Below, piece by piece: positions 9,399 to 18,166 of a stretch of DNA of 64,000 nucleotides. A program made the position numbers and the translations under genes. The notes below the pieces were generated by a model that was not told the DNA's origin, searched no databases, and saw only the letters and a program-made list of their open reading frames with translations. Position 1 is the stretch's first letter. The number at the start of each line of letters is the position of its first letter. Origin of the DNA: Abditibacterium sp. (GTDB lineage: Bacteria > Armatimonadota > Abditibacteriia > Abditibacteriales > Abditibacteriaceae); contig CBDASK010000003.1 in the NCBI GenBank assembly GCA_965199495.1, positions 1,408,001-1,472,000 on the forward strand. Direction: 5' to 3'.

Positions 9399-11471
9399 TC
9401 ACCGCCCGCTCGCACTCTGCAACGCCAACCACACCATCGCGCCCATCGCGCCCAAGCCAGCCAAAACCCCGAAGATACGCAGAGAAAACCAATCGCCCAC
9501 GCGCCGCAACGCGCCCCAAATCGAGCCAATTGCGGCGCCCGCGACCATCCAGCCACCGGCGGCATAATTGCCGACGTGCGGTTTTAATATCGGCTTGAGA
9601 ATCGTATCGAGTTGAACGATCAAACTCGGCCCGCCAATCGCCGCGAAAATCGCCAGCATCGTTCCGAAAAGGCCGATGCCGATTATCATGCCGCACGAAC
9701 GTTTGCGCGTGGCTTCGACAATTGTCCAAACCGCCGCGCACGCCCACAGCGTCGCGCCGAAAATCGGAGCGATTGGAAGCCATTTAATTTGGCCGGGCTG
9801 CGTAAGCCAACCCGGCACGGCGCCATCATACATCCACGGCACGGTGCGCGACAGCGCGCCCGAAGCCGCGCCCGCCGCGCCGCACCATACGACCGTGAGA
9901 AACGGCGGCCACAAACTCGGCCCGGCGACCTTCGCCGTAAACGGAATGCGCGTCTGACCCGCACTGCCGTCCAACTCGATTTCGCCTTCGTAATGGCCGG
10001 GATGGAGACGCAGTCCGTCGAAACTGACGGGCAGGCGCGCGCGGTTGCCGTCCCAGCCGCCGGGCGTCGCAACCGCGCCCAGCGACGCCCGCACCAAACC
10101 TGACAAATGGCCACGCCCGGCGTTGGAAATTTCCAAATTGATCGTCTTTTTGCCGTCGGCTTTAATGGTTCCGAAATCCAGACGCGCCGGATGAACCTGC
10201 AATTGCGGGAGCGCCAAAAGCCCAGTCGCGGCGATGAACGCTTCCAAACCTTGCTCTTGCCGCGCGCCGAATCGTTGTCGGATTTGCGCGGCTTTGACCG
10301 CCAGTTCTGTTTCGTTTAGCGACACCAAAAACCGTTCGATTTCGCCCGAAAACAAACGCTTGGCGCCTTCGCGCCCGTAAGCGTCCAGCAGCCAAACCAA
10401 TTCGCCGACGGTTGAGGCCGCGTGCCCCGATTTGAACAACAGAGGCACGACAATCGGCGCCGATGATTGCGTTTGTTTCTGCATCGTAAACACAGTCGGC
10501 GATGCAGAAACGGGCGCCGTGGCTACTGGTTCTTCTGCGCCGATTTCGTCCAAACGTTCCAACAACTCGGCGCCATTTTGCGGGCGCTGAATCGGTTCGG
10601 GATCAATGCAATCGCCGATGAGTTCGTCCCAATCTTCGGACAAATCGGGCCGAAATCCGCTCAAGCGATGCACGCGCAGACGGCGCAATTCGTCCGGTTC
10701 GGTCGGGTCTAAACCGCTCAGCAGATGATACCACGTCATGCCCCACGCGTGAATATCGGAGCGCGCGTCGGGATTGCGGCGCTCGGCGGGCGAATCGGGC
10801 GCGTAGCCAACCGTGCCGCCGCCCTGCGTGTGACGTTGCGCGCGCGTGCCGTAGGCGTCGCCAACGGTGCCCTGCCCTTGCGTCGCGATGCCGAAATCCA
10901 ATAAAACCGCTTCGGCGGTTTTGTCGGCGTTGGGGCGCAAGCGAATGTTTTCGGGTTTGATGTCGCGATGCACCAAATCGCGCGCGTGAAGATACGCCAG
11001 CGCCGCCGCGATTTGCTGGCCGTAAAGCAATGCCTCGGCTTCGTCCAAGCGCCCGCCGCGCCGCTCTGCCAATTGCAATAAATCCGGCCCGGCGATGTAC
11101 TCCATCACCAAATAATAACGCGATTTTATTTCGATAAGTTGCGCGCCGTGCTCAGGACACACGGTCTGGTTGGGAAAATCCAGACCGCAAATCGGGCAAA
11201 CGTGCCAGTCGCCCGAAACCGGTTCGTAGTGGCCCGAAACGATATTGGGATGGCGCAGACGCGACAAATGCTGCGCTTCAGCGCGAAACTGCGCGAGCGC
11301 AACGGCGCGTTCGGCTTCGTCCAAAACGTGGAGTTCTTTAACAGCCACCGGCACGTCGAGTTCGGTATCGCGGCAACCGTAAACGGTGCCAAACGCACCC
11401 GAACCCATAATTTTGCGGACTTGATAACGGTTGTCAATCAACTCGTCAATGCGGTGTTTTAGCTCGGCCAT
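9399..11471 (-). CDS. Membrane Ser/Thr kinase (kinase, Ig/BACON-like domain, multi-TM C-terminus)
   Basis: GSGAFG, VAVKE, HRDIKPEN, DFG, GGTVGYAP; hydrophobic C-terminus. Confidence 0.9.
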   Translation of the reverse strand: MAELKHRIDELIDNRYQVRKIMGSGAFGTVYGCRDTELDVPVAVKELHVLDEAERAVALAQFRAEAQHLSRLRHPNIVSGHYEPVSGDWHVCPICGLDFPNQTVCPEHGAQLIEIKSRYYLVMEYIAGPDLLQLAERRGGRLDEAEALLYGQQIAAALAYLHARDLVHRDIKPENIRLRPNADKTAEAVLLDFGIATQGQGTVGDAYGTRAQRHTQGGGTVGYAPDSPAERRNPDARSDIHAWGMTWYHLLSGLDPTEPDELRRLRVHRLSGFRPDLSEDWDELIGDCIDPEPIQRPQNGAELLERLDEIGAEEPVATAPVSASPTVFTMQKQTQSSAPIVVPLLFKSGHAASTVGELVWLLDAYGREGAKRLFSGEIERFLVSLNETELAVKAAQIRQRFGARQEQGLEAFIAATGLLALPQLQVHPARLDFGTIKADGKKTINLEISNAGRGHLSGLVRASLGAVATPGGWDGNRARLPVSFDGLRLHPGHYEGEIELDGSAGQTRIPFTAKVAGPSLWPPFLTVVWCGAAGAASGALSRTVPWMYDGAVPGWLTQPGQIKWLPIAPIFGATLWACAAVWTIVEATRKRSCGMIIGIGLFGTMLAIFAAIGGPSLIVQLDTILKPILKPHVGNYAAGGWMVAGAAIGSIWGALRRVGDWFSLRIFGVLAGLGAMGAMVWLALQSASGR

Positions 11472-11541
11472 GAATCGCCTCTTAGTTTGATTGATTCGCG
11501 TGCGCACAACGCGCCCACGAAAACGCGGTCAAACTTCGCTT

Positions 11542-12654
11542 ATGAAATTGTTCCGTCTGCTGGCACTTTCTGTGGCATTGCTCGCTCCGTGCGCCCACGC
11601 GCAAAACCCACCCGAAACGTTGCGCGAAGCCGCGCCCAAAGGTTTGCTCGTCGGCGGCGCCATCGCGACGCAGGATTTGGACAAACCCGAACTCGCGAAT
11701 TTGGCCGCACGACAGTTCAGTGCGATTACGCCCGAATACGAAATGATGCCCGAAAAGTTAGTGGACGACAACGGCAAATTCGATTTTGCGACCGCCGACC
11801 GCGTCGTGGATTTCGCCAAAAAAAATCATCAAAGCGTTTTCGGGCATATGCTGGTTTGGCACTTCGTCACGCGCCGGTGGCTCTTTGAAAGTCCCGATGG
11901 CAAACCGTTGCCGCGCGACAAAGCGTTAGCAAATCTGGAGCTTTATATTTCGACGGTCGTCGGCCATTATAAAGGCCGCGTCAAAGCGTGGGATGTCGTC
12001 AACGAAGGCATCAGCGACGCCGATGGCGAATATCTCAAAGATACGCTAGCATTGCGCGCAATTGGGCCGGATTACATCCAAAAAGCCTTCGAGTTCGCGC
12101 ACGCCGCCGACCCAAACGCCGAGTTGTATTACAACGATTACAACATCGAACAGCCGGGCAAATTGGAAAAAACGATTAAATTGGTGCGCTCGCTACAAGA
12201 CGCGGGCGTACGCTTGGACGCCGTCGGCATTCAGGGCCACTGGCTCATCAATTGGCCGCCGACCGAGATGATCGAAAACGGCATCGAAGCCTTAGCAAAA
12301 ACCGGCGTCAAAGTGATGATTACCGAGTTGGATGTGGACGTTTTACCGCGCGATGTGAGCGGCGCCGACATGGCGCAAACCGAAACCGGCGCCAATCCGT
12401 ATAAAGACGGATTGCCCGCCGCGATGCAACAAAAATTGGCCAATCGTTACAGCGAAATCATGACGGCGATTTTGCGTCATCCCTCCGTCACGTTCATCGG
12501 TTTCTGGGGCACGCACGATGGCCGCTCGTGGCTCAACGATTTCCCGGTCAAAGGCCGCACCAATTATCCGCTTTTGTTCGACCGCAGGTTGCAACCCAAA
12601 CCCGCGTTCGACGCCGTGATTAAAGCGTTGAATTCCGCGCCAAAAACTGATTGA
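11542..12654 (+). CDS. Endo-1,4-beta-xylanase, GH10
   Basis: Signal peptide; GHMLVWH, WDVVNE, YNDYN, GIQGH, ITELDV. Confidence 0.95.
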   Translation: MKLFRLLALSVALLAPCAHAQNPPETLREAAPKGLLVGGAIATQDLDKPELANLAARQFSAITPEYEMMPEKLVDDNGKFDFATADRVVDFAKKNHQSVFGHMLVWHFVTRRWLFESPDGKPLPRDKALANLELYISTVVGHYKGRVKAWDVVNEGISDADGEYLKDTLALRAIGPDYIQKAFEFAHAADPNAELYYNDYNIEQPGKLEKTIKLVRSLQDAGVRLDAVGIQGHWLINWPPTEMIENGIEALAKTGVKVMITELDVDVLPRDVSGADMAQTETGANPYKDGLPAAMQQKLANRYSEIMTAILRHPSVTFIGFWGTHDGRSWLNDFPVKGRTNYPLLFDRRLQPKPAFDAVIKALNSAPKTD

Positions 12655-12694
12655 TTTCCGTCAACGCCTCACGCGCGCCCAAATCAATCGCAAT
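12620..12694 (-). pseudogene. Displaced original 3' end of the sirtuin gene
   Basis: Reads IAIDLGAREALTEINQFLARNSTL*, homologous to ISITLGARDASD*IDQIV at the current sirtuin end. Confidence 0.8.
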
Positions 12695-13390
12695 TTAGGC
12701 GGCGACTAATTCTTTAGCCCGTTGCTTTCGAGTTGTCGTGCCACTATCCCACATTCGATCAAATTTGGGGCGTTGCTTATAATGAGCCGTATTCTGAGTC
12801 CAACGGAGAGAAGAATACCCTGCCATCAAACGATGGCCTACCCATCGAGTATCAACAAAATTGGGGGCACCAGGAATGTTAAGAAGCAAGATGCGCCCCA
12901 TGAAACGTGTCCATTGCCTTTGTGTCAGCAAAGTCAAACCGTAAAAATGAAAAGAACGTCCTGAATTAAAAATTTCGAATTTATCGCAACCAAAATCACT
13001 GGAGAGTTCGACCAAACGGTTAATGTCCTGATCGTTGATGTCCGATCCAAAATCGATCATTGGAATGTGGTAAAGTCGTTGAGTCCAGCCACGCCGCACC
13101 CACACCCTCGAATGAAAAGCGATTTCCTGATCGTGGCCGAGCGAAGACTGCTCGATTTGAAAACGCGAAATTAAATCTTGAGCGTTGATTCTGAATGTGC
13201 GGCGCTCATCTTCAATCGTTTGAGGCCTATACGAGTAAACGCTCAATTCGAGTTTTTCAATCTCGGAATGACGACGACAAAATTTTTCCAACAAAAGAGC
13301 CGGATGATCGGGCTCTTGAGCGGGAGGCGAAACATCTTTGGAGCGCGCCCACAAAAGCTGGGGCAAGGCGAAATTCTGTGAGCGTAGCAT
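12695..13390 (-). CDS. Archaeo-eukaryotic primase (AEP)-like protein, possibly 'primase 1D-like'
   Basis: HIPMIDF (motif I-like), FNSGRSFHFYG (motif II), FVDTRW (motif III-like); AT-rich. Confidence 0.6.
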   Translation of the reverse strand: MLRSQNFALPQLLWARSKDVSPPAQEPDHPALLLEKFCRRHSEIEKLELSVYSYRPQTIEDERRTFRINAQDLISRFQIEQSSLGHDQEIAFHSRVWVRRGWTQRLYHIPMIDFGSDINDQDINRLVELSSDFGCDKFEIFNSGRSFHFYGLTLLTQRQWTRFMGRILLLNIPGAPNFVDTRWVGHRLMAGYSSLRWTQNTAHYKQRPKFDRMWDSGTTTRKQRAKELVAA

Positions 13391-13429
13391 AGTGCAGAGA
13401 TAGCAACTTTTTGTCCTAAATCTCGGTTT

Positions 13430-14935
13430 CTATGTGGTAATGCCTTTGAGCATATTGAAGGTCTTGACGGCGTGACTGTCTGTCATGCCAGAAACGTAAT
13501 CGACGATGAGATGGGCACGCAAAACTGGCTCCAAATTCGCCGACTCATGCTTTGCTTCGAAATAAGCGTGCAACTGTTTGTTAGACAGCAGAGAATAGAG
13601 TCGTTTCTCCAAATGAAACTTACTGTTTGAAGGCAAGTTCGCGAATTCTTCACTTCTAAGGCGCAGTAAAGGAGAGAAGCCATCTAAAATGCCCTGCACG
13701 ATATGGTATCCGCTGAGTTCAACGTTCATCGCTTCTTTGGACGTAAAGATGTATTTTTTGGCGAACGCTCGCAGAAAATTCAAGATTTTCTCTCTTTCCA
13801 AGTCAAGCAATGTCCGTTGAAATTCTCCAGCCAAAATAGCCGCGTGATTTTCCAAATAGACCTTAGTGGCTCTCTTCACCAGCGCATTGGTCACAGCTAC
13901 TTTGAAACTCACAAAAAGAGCATTGGGTGAACGAATCTCTTCACTGCCATTTTGATACGAAAAAATTGTGGGAGTTTTGCTGCCCCTTTCTGGGCGCGTT
14001 TGGTAACTGCGACACCACTTTTGATAGTCTATAATGCCGTCCAAAAATTTGCTCATTCCCAGAGATTCACACACTCGTTTAACTTCACCAATAGTTCCTA
14101 ACAACTCACCTTCTAATACTTCATAAACGAAAACTTTTTCGGTGATAATCTGCTTTTCCAACGCATCTTCGATGTCGCTCGAACAATATGCGATATCATC
14201 AGCGGCTTCCATCAGAAAAACCAGGGGATGACGTTAAGCTGGCAAGCCACCAGAATTTGTTTTCAGTCCCAGTTGCTTCCATGTTTCTCTAATTATTTCG
14301 TGTTCTGTATGGAAAAACCCCGCTTTTTTGCCGAATGGGGCACCTTCATTCTTGCGCGGCCCCAAATATTTCAAGAGTGCGGCAATTAGCGTATAGGTTG
14401 GGTTCAGGCCAAATTCGTTGTCGAGCCACTGCAAACGAGTGATGATGCGTAAAACTTGGGGATTGCCATCGAAATGCTCGAAGGCCCAAAAATGGGCTTC
14501 GGCATCAGCGATACCGTCCCAAGCGGACTCGATTTCCTGGCGACGTTGCGAAAACCAATCGCCGATAGCGGCTTCGCCCAAATGACCAAACGGCGGATTC
14601 CCAACATCATGCAATAAACACGCGTTTTGCACCGTCAAATAAAAAGGCAAGCGCAAACTTTCTGCGATGAGGTTTCCAGAGAGCAATGCATCGAAAGTAT
14701 ATGTCGCTATGAGTTCTCCAATGAAGGCCACCTCCATCGTATGGGTCAACCGAGAACGCACAGCGGCATTTTGTTCAAGTGAAAAAACTTGGGCTTTAGT
14801 CTGGAGACGCCGGAACGGAGCGGAAGTGATGATACGGCCTTTGTCACTCAACATTTCAGTAGTTAAATCGCGTCCCTCTTGCCGTGTTTTCTTACGCCTT
14901 TCGTGAGTTATTAAATGGTTATAATCATTTGACAT
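13430..14935 (-). pseudogene. dGTP triphosphohydrolase (long HD-domain type) interrupted by an in-frame TAA
   Basis: FRRLQTKAQVF, RSRLTHTMEV, LHDVGNPPFGH, FDGNPQ, then GGLPA*RHPLVFLMEAADDIAY, DYVSGMTD; both ORFs share one frame. Confidence 0.9.
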
Positions 14936-14966
14936 AGAATTTTTGAGCAGAAACAATTTGATCGAT

Positions 14967-15761
14967 TTAATCTGATGCGTCACGCGCGCCAAGTGTAATA
15001 GAAATTGTGCCGCGCGGCCCCTGACTTTCGCGCACGTTGATTCTCACGAGAGTCGCGCCCGCGCGTTGCAGACGTTCGCCGAAATCGCGCACCGTCGGAA
15101 TCGCCGTGCCCGCCCCACATTCGATGATCGTCAATTTCGTTTTGTCAATTTCGCTGAGCCAACGCGTTAGCGATTGTTCTTCTTTCAAACTGCGGCCCAA
15201 AATCCACGCGCCGTCCCAAAACATCAAAATATTGGGCCGCAATAACTCGCCGCAATTGGGGCAACGCGGCAAATCACCAACGGCACGAAACGTTTGCGCA
15301 TCCACTTCGATATTTGTGTTGGCCGCGCTCCAAATCGTATCGCTGCACGGCACGACGCATTGCAAATGATGAATCGAACCGTGAACTTCGCAGACGTTTT
15401 CGATGCCCGCTTTCCTAAATTGTCCGTCCACGTTCGAGGTATAAACGCGCGCCGGTTTTTCGTCGGCCCACTTTTTCAGAATCGCGAAACCCTTATGCGG
15501 CGCGGTTTGGCGATACAAATTTAAGCGGTGGCCGTAGAAACCCCACGCCAATTCGGGATCGCGTTCAAACCACGATGGATTGGCCATCTCCGCGAAACCG
15601 ATGCCCAATTGTGCGAGCGGCGGATAAGCGCGCCAGAAGCCTTCATTGCCCCTGAAATCGGGCAAACCCGAATCAACTCCCATTCCGGCGCCTGCCGTGA
15701 ATAGCAAAAATTCGGCGTTCGAGATGGCACGCGCGGCGGCTTCAATTGAAGAATTGATCAT
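14967..15761 (-). CDS. Sir2-family NAD-dependent deacylase
   Basis: AGAGMGVDSGLPDFRG, TSNVDG, EVHGS, CPNC, RPNILMF. Confidence 0.92.
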   Translation of the reverse strand: MINSSIEAAARAISNAEFLLFTAGAGMGVDSGLPDFRGNEGFWRAYPPLAQLGIGFAEMANPSWFERDPELAWGFYGHRLNLYRQTAPHKGFAILKKWADEKPARVYTSNVDGQFRKAGIENVCEVHGSIHHLQCVVPCSDTIWSAANTNIEVDAQTFRAVGDLPRCPNCGELLRPNILMFWDGAWILGRSLKEEQSLTRWLSEIDKTKLTIIECGAGTAIPTVRDFGERLQRAGATLVRINVRESQGPRGTISITLGARDASD

Positions 15762-15762
15762 A

Positions 15763-16221
15763 TTAAAATTTGAGTTTGCCATCATAATCTAAAATGCCCA
15801 CTTCAAACATTTTATTGAAATTATCCGCAGCGAAACGCTTTTCCAAATGTGGAATATAAATTTCGAGCAGTTCTTCGGGCGTGTGACAGAAGCGACCGTT
15901 CAAATCGTGAAATATCGTATTGGGAATCCAACTTAAAACTGCATAAGCCAAATGCGCCACACACAACAGATCAGGCGCACCTCGCGTGCTGTCAGTCGCA
16001 ATCGTCCAGTGGGCGCTCTGGCCCAACAAATGTTTTTGGCGAAACGGATATAAAGAACACCAGACTGCTGCGCCTTTTTCGCGCACCATCCATTCCGCTA
16101 AACAAGGAATAGAAGACGAATGTGGCTCACGAGATTCCGCATCGAAGAGCGTCAATATCTCTTCCCATTGGGCGAACGGAAACTCAGCTTCCGCGAAGTA
16201 AATGGCCGTGTTCGTGCTCAT
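15763..16221 (-). CDS. Hypothetical protein
   Basis: 152-aa ORF from ATG 16221 filling the gap between co-oriented genes. Confidence 0.55.
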   Translation of the reverse strand: MSTNTAIYFAEAEFPFAQWEEILTLFDAESREPHSSSIPCLAEWMVREKGAAVWCSLYPFRQKHLLGQSAHWTIATDSTRGAPDLLCVAHLAYAVLSWIPNTIFHDLNGRFCHTPEELLEIYIPHLEKRFAADNFNKMFEVGILDYDGKLKF

Positions 16222-16244
16222 TGTAAAATATAAATTTGAAGAGA

Positions 16245-18035
16245 TTAACCGCCGCGTTGCGGCAAGACGCCCAACTTTACGCCCGGAACTTCGCCCTGCG
16301 GATAGCATTTCATTTTCAGCGCGAGCGAATCGGCGGGCACGCGCAGATCGAGCGTTGAATAATCGGCGACGGCAAACGGCGCGATGGCGCTGCCGTTTTC
16401 CAGCTTCAATTCGGTTTGCACGCTCGTCAAATCGCGATAATTTTGATGGTGCTTCCAATCGGCGCCCCAGTTGAATAAACCGCCGTTATCGCCGGGCGCG
16501 TAAAGGTTGTTCGAGAACTTCAAATTCAGCTTTTCCAACGATAAATTCGGCGGCGTTTTAGTTTTGTCTGTCGCGACGTAAGCCGCAGCCACGTCGCCGG
16601 GGGCTTTTGCTGCGTCGGCGGATTTTTGTTGCATCGCGCGCGGCCACAATCGTTCGTCGTCCACGTCAAACCAGCCGCCGACGCCCGCGTTGCGGTTGAG
16701 GGCGAACACGTTGTTATGCACGTTTTCGTCGTGATTCCACACCGCTTCTTCGGGCGATTTTTCGGGCGCGTCAATGCGCGGCGTGGTGCGATTGGCCTCG
16801 CGAAACTGGAAACCCTCGCGATTGCCGATCAGCAAATTGCGCTCGATTTCGCAGTTGGGAGACGAACTGACGGCGATGCCACCGCTCGCGCCCCACGCGT
16901 AAGCGTCATCGGTAAAACCGTTGCCGACGATGACGTTATCGCGCGCGTGCAAACCATAGGAAATCTCATAAAAAATCCCGGCGTCCTCGTTGTCGGCGAT
17001 CAGACAATTGGAAACCGTGCAGTTTTCGTTGCCGATGTCGAACCAAATTCCGATGCCGCGATTGGCGATAAACCGCGAATTTTCGATGGTCATATCGCGC
17101 GTCAAAACGATTTTATCGCCGCCCGCTTCCCAGCCACGAGCGAAGTTTTTGGTGTTGTTGTGCGTCGTCAAACAGCCGGTCATCCGCAGCCGATGCGCGC
17201 GTTCGGCGCCCCAGCCCAACTGGCCGTTATCCTGAAAAGTGCAGCGCGTAACAGTGATATCCGTGCCTTTGAACTGCGCGCCAGAACCATTGGAATTCTG
17301 GAAAATGCAATCGGACACGCCGTCGAATTTGCCACTGAAACGCGCCATGCCGTTTTGCGCCGAGTTCGCGCACATCGAAAACGTCAGGCCGCGCACATCC
17401 ACATAATCGCCGCTGCAATCCCACACGTTCTCGCGCGTCGCGGCCTCGATGCGCGGCGCCCACGGCGGCGCTTTACCGATGTCGGCGCTGTTGTTGTCGG
17501 CCTGAATATAGAGCTTTTTATTTTCGACATCGGCGAAAAACGTCCCGCGCGCCAACTTGTCGCGCGAAAGAACCTGACGCAGCGCATAACCATTGAAACT
17601 CACCTGCTCGCCGCGCCCAATCAGCAAATGATAATCGTCGTTGGGATGCGCCATCGTCGGACTCCAATTGATGAAACGATGATCCCAATCGGCGACAAAA
17701 ACGTTATCGGCGCCAGTGTCGGGCACTTTTTCCCATTTGTCCAACTGGTCGGCCCCCGTCACCACGACGCGCGCGCCGGGCACGCTTTGGAAGCGAATCG
17801 GCTGCGCGCGCGTGCCGCTATTTTTGACGACGACTTGCTCGCGATAAGTGCCGCCATGAATCAGCACGACATCGCCCGCCTGAGCGACTTTCGCTGCGTC
17901 GCTAATCGTGCGGAATTGTGCTTCGGCGGCCACATTGGGTAGCGCGGCGGGCGCGACGTGAAGCGTGGCGGCGTGGGTAAGGTTGGCGCTCAACAGCAGA
18001 CCAGCGAGCGCGACAAAACGCGAGGATTGGAGCAT
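16245..18035 (-). CDS. Secreted right-handed parallel beta-helix protein (pectin lyase-like)
   Basis: Signal peptide; FRTISDAAKVAQAGDVVLIHGGTYRE; repeated GIWFD/GIFYE coils. Confidence 0.85.
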   Translation of the reverse strand: MLQSSRFVALAGLLLSANLTHAATLHVAPAALPNVAAEAQFRTISDAAKVAQAGDVVLIHGGTYREQVVVKNSGTRAQPIRFQSVPGARVVVTGADQLDKWEKVPDTGADNVFVADWDHRFINWSPTMAHPNDDYHLLIGRGEQVSFNGYALRQVLSRDKLARGTFFADVENKKLYIQADNNSADIGKAPPWAPRIEAATRENVWDCSGDYVDVRGLTFSMCANSAQNGMARFSGKFDGVSDCIFQNSNGSGAQFKGTDITVTRCTFQDNGQLGWGAERAHRLRMTGCLTTHNNTKNFARGWEAGGDKIVLTRDMTIENSRFIANRGIGIWFDIGNENCTVSNCLIADNEDAGIFYEISYGLHARDNVIVGNGFTDDAYAWGASGGIAVSSSPNCEIERNLLIGNREGFQFREANRTTPRIDAPEKSPEEAVWNHDENVHNNVFALNRNAGVGGWFDVDDERLWPRAMQQKSADAAKAPGDVAAAYVATDKTKTPPNLSLEKLNLKFSNNLYAPGDNGGLFNWGADWKHHQNYRDLTSVQTELKLENGSAIAPFAVADYSTLDLRVPADSLALKMKCYPQGEVPGVKLGVLPQRGG

Positions 18036-18166
18036 GAGACCAAGTTTAACTCGCGCAACGGGCGCTAATTAAAGCCTGAATTTTTCGGTATCGAGATAGA
18101 GTTTGAGCCAAACTCATTGTCACCACAAAACGGACGCATCATCGCAGTGTCCAAAGCCGCCCTTAC

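Noticed and set aside
13430..15761. Sir2 + dGTPase as a joint defence operon (Thoeris/DSR-like)
   Set aside because: The sirtuin is a canonical zinc-binding deacylase with host-like composition; it is the insertion target, not cargo
16626..17942. 438-aa plus-strand ORF and other long antisense ORFs (e.g. 55043-56299, 18065-19087)
   Set aside because: Shadows of well-supported genes in GC-rich DNA, with no motifs
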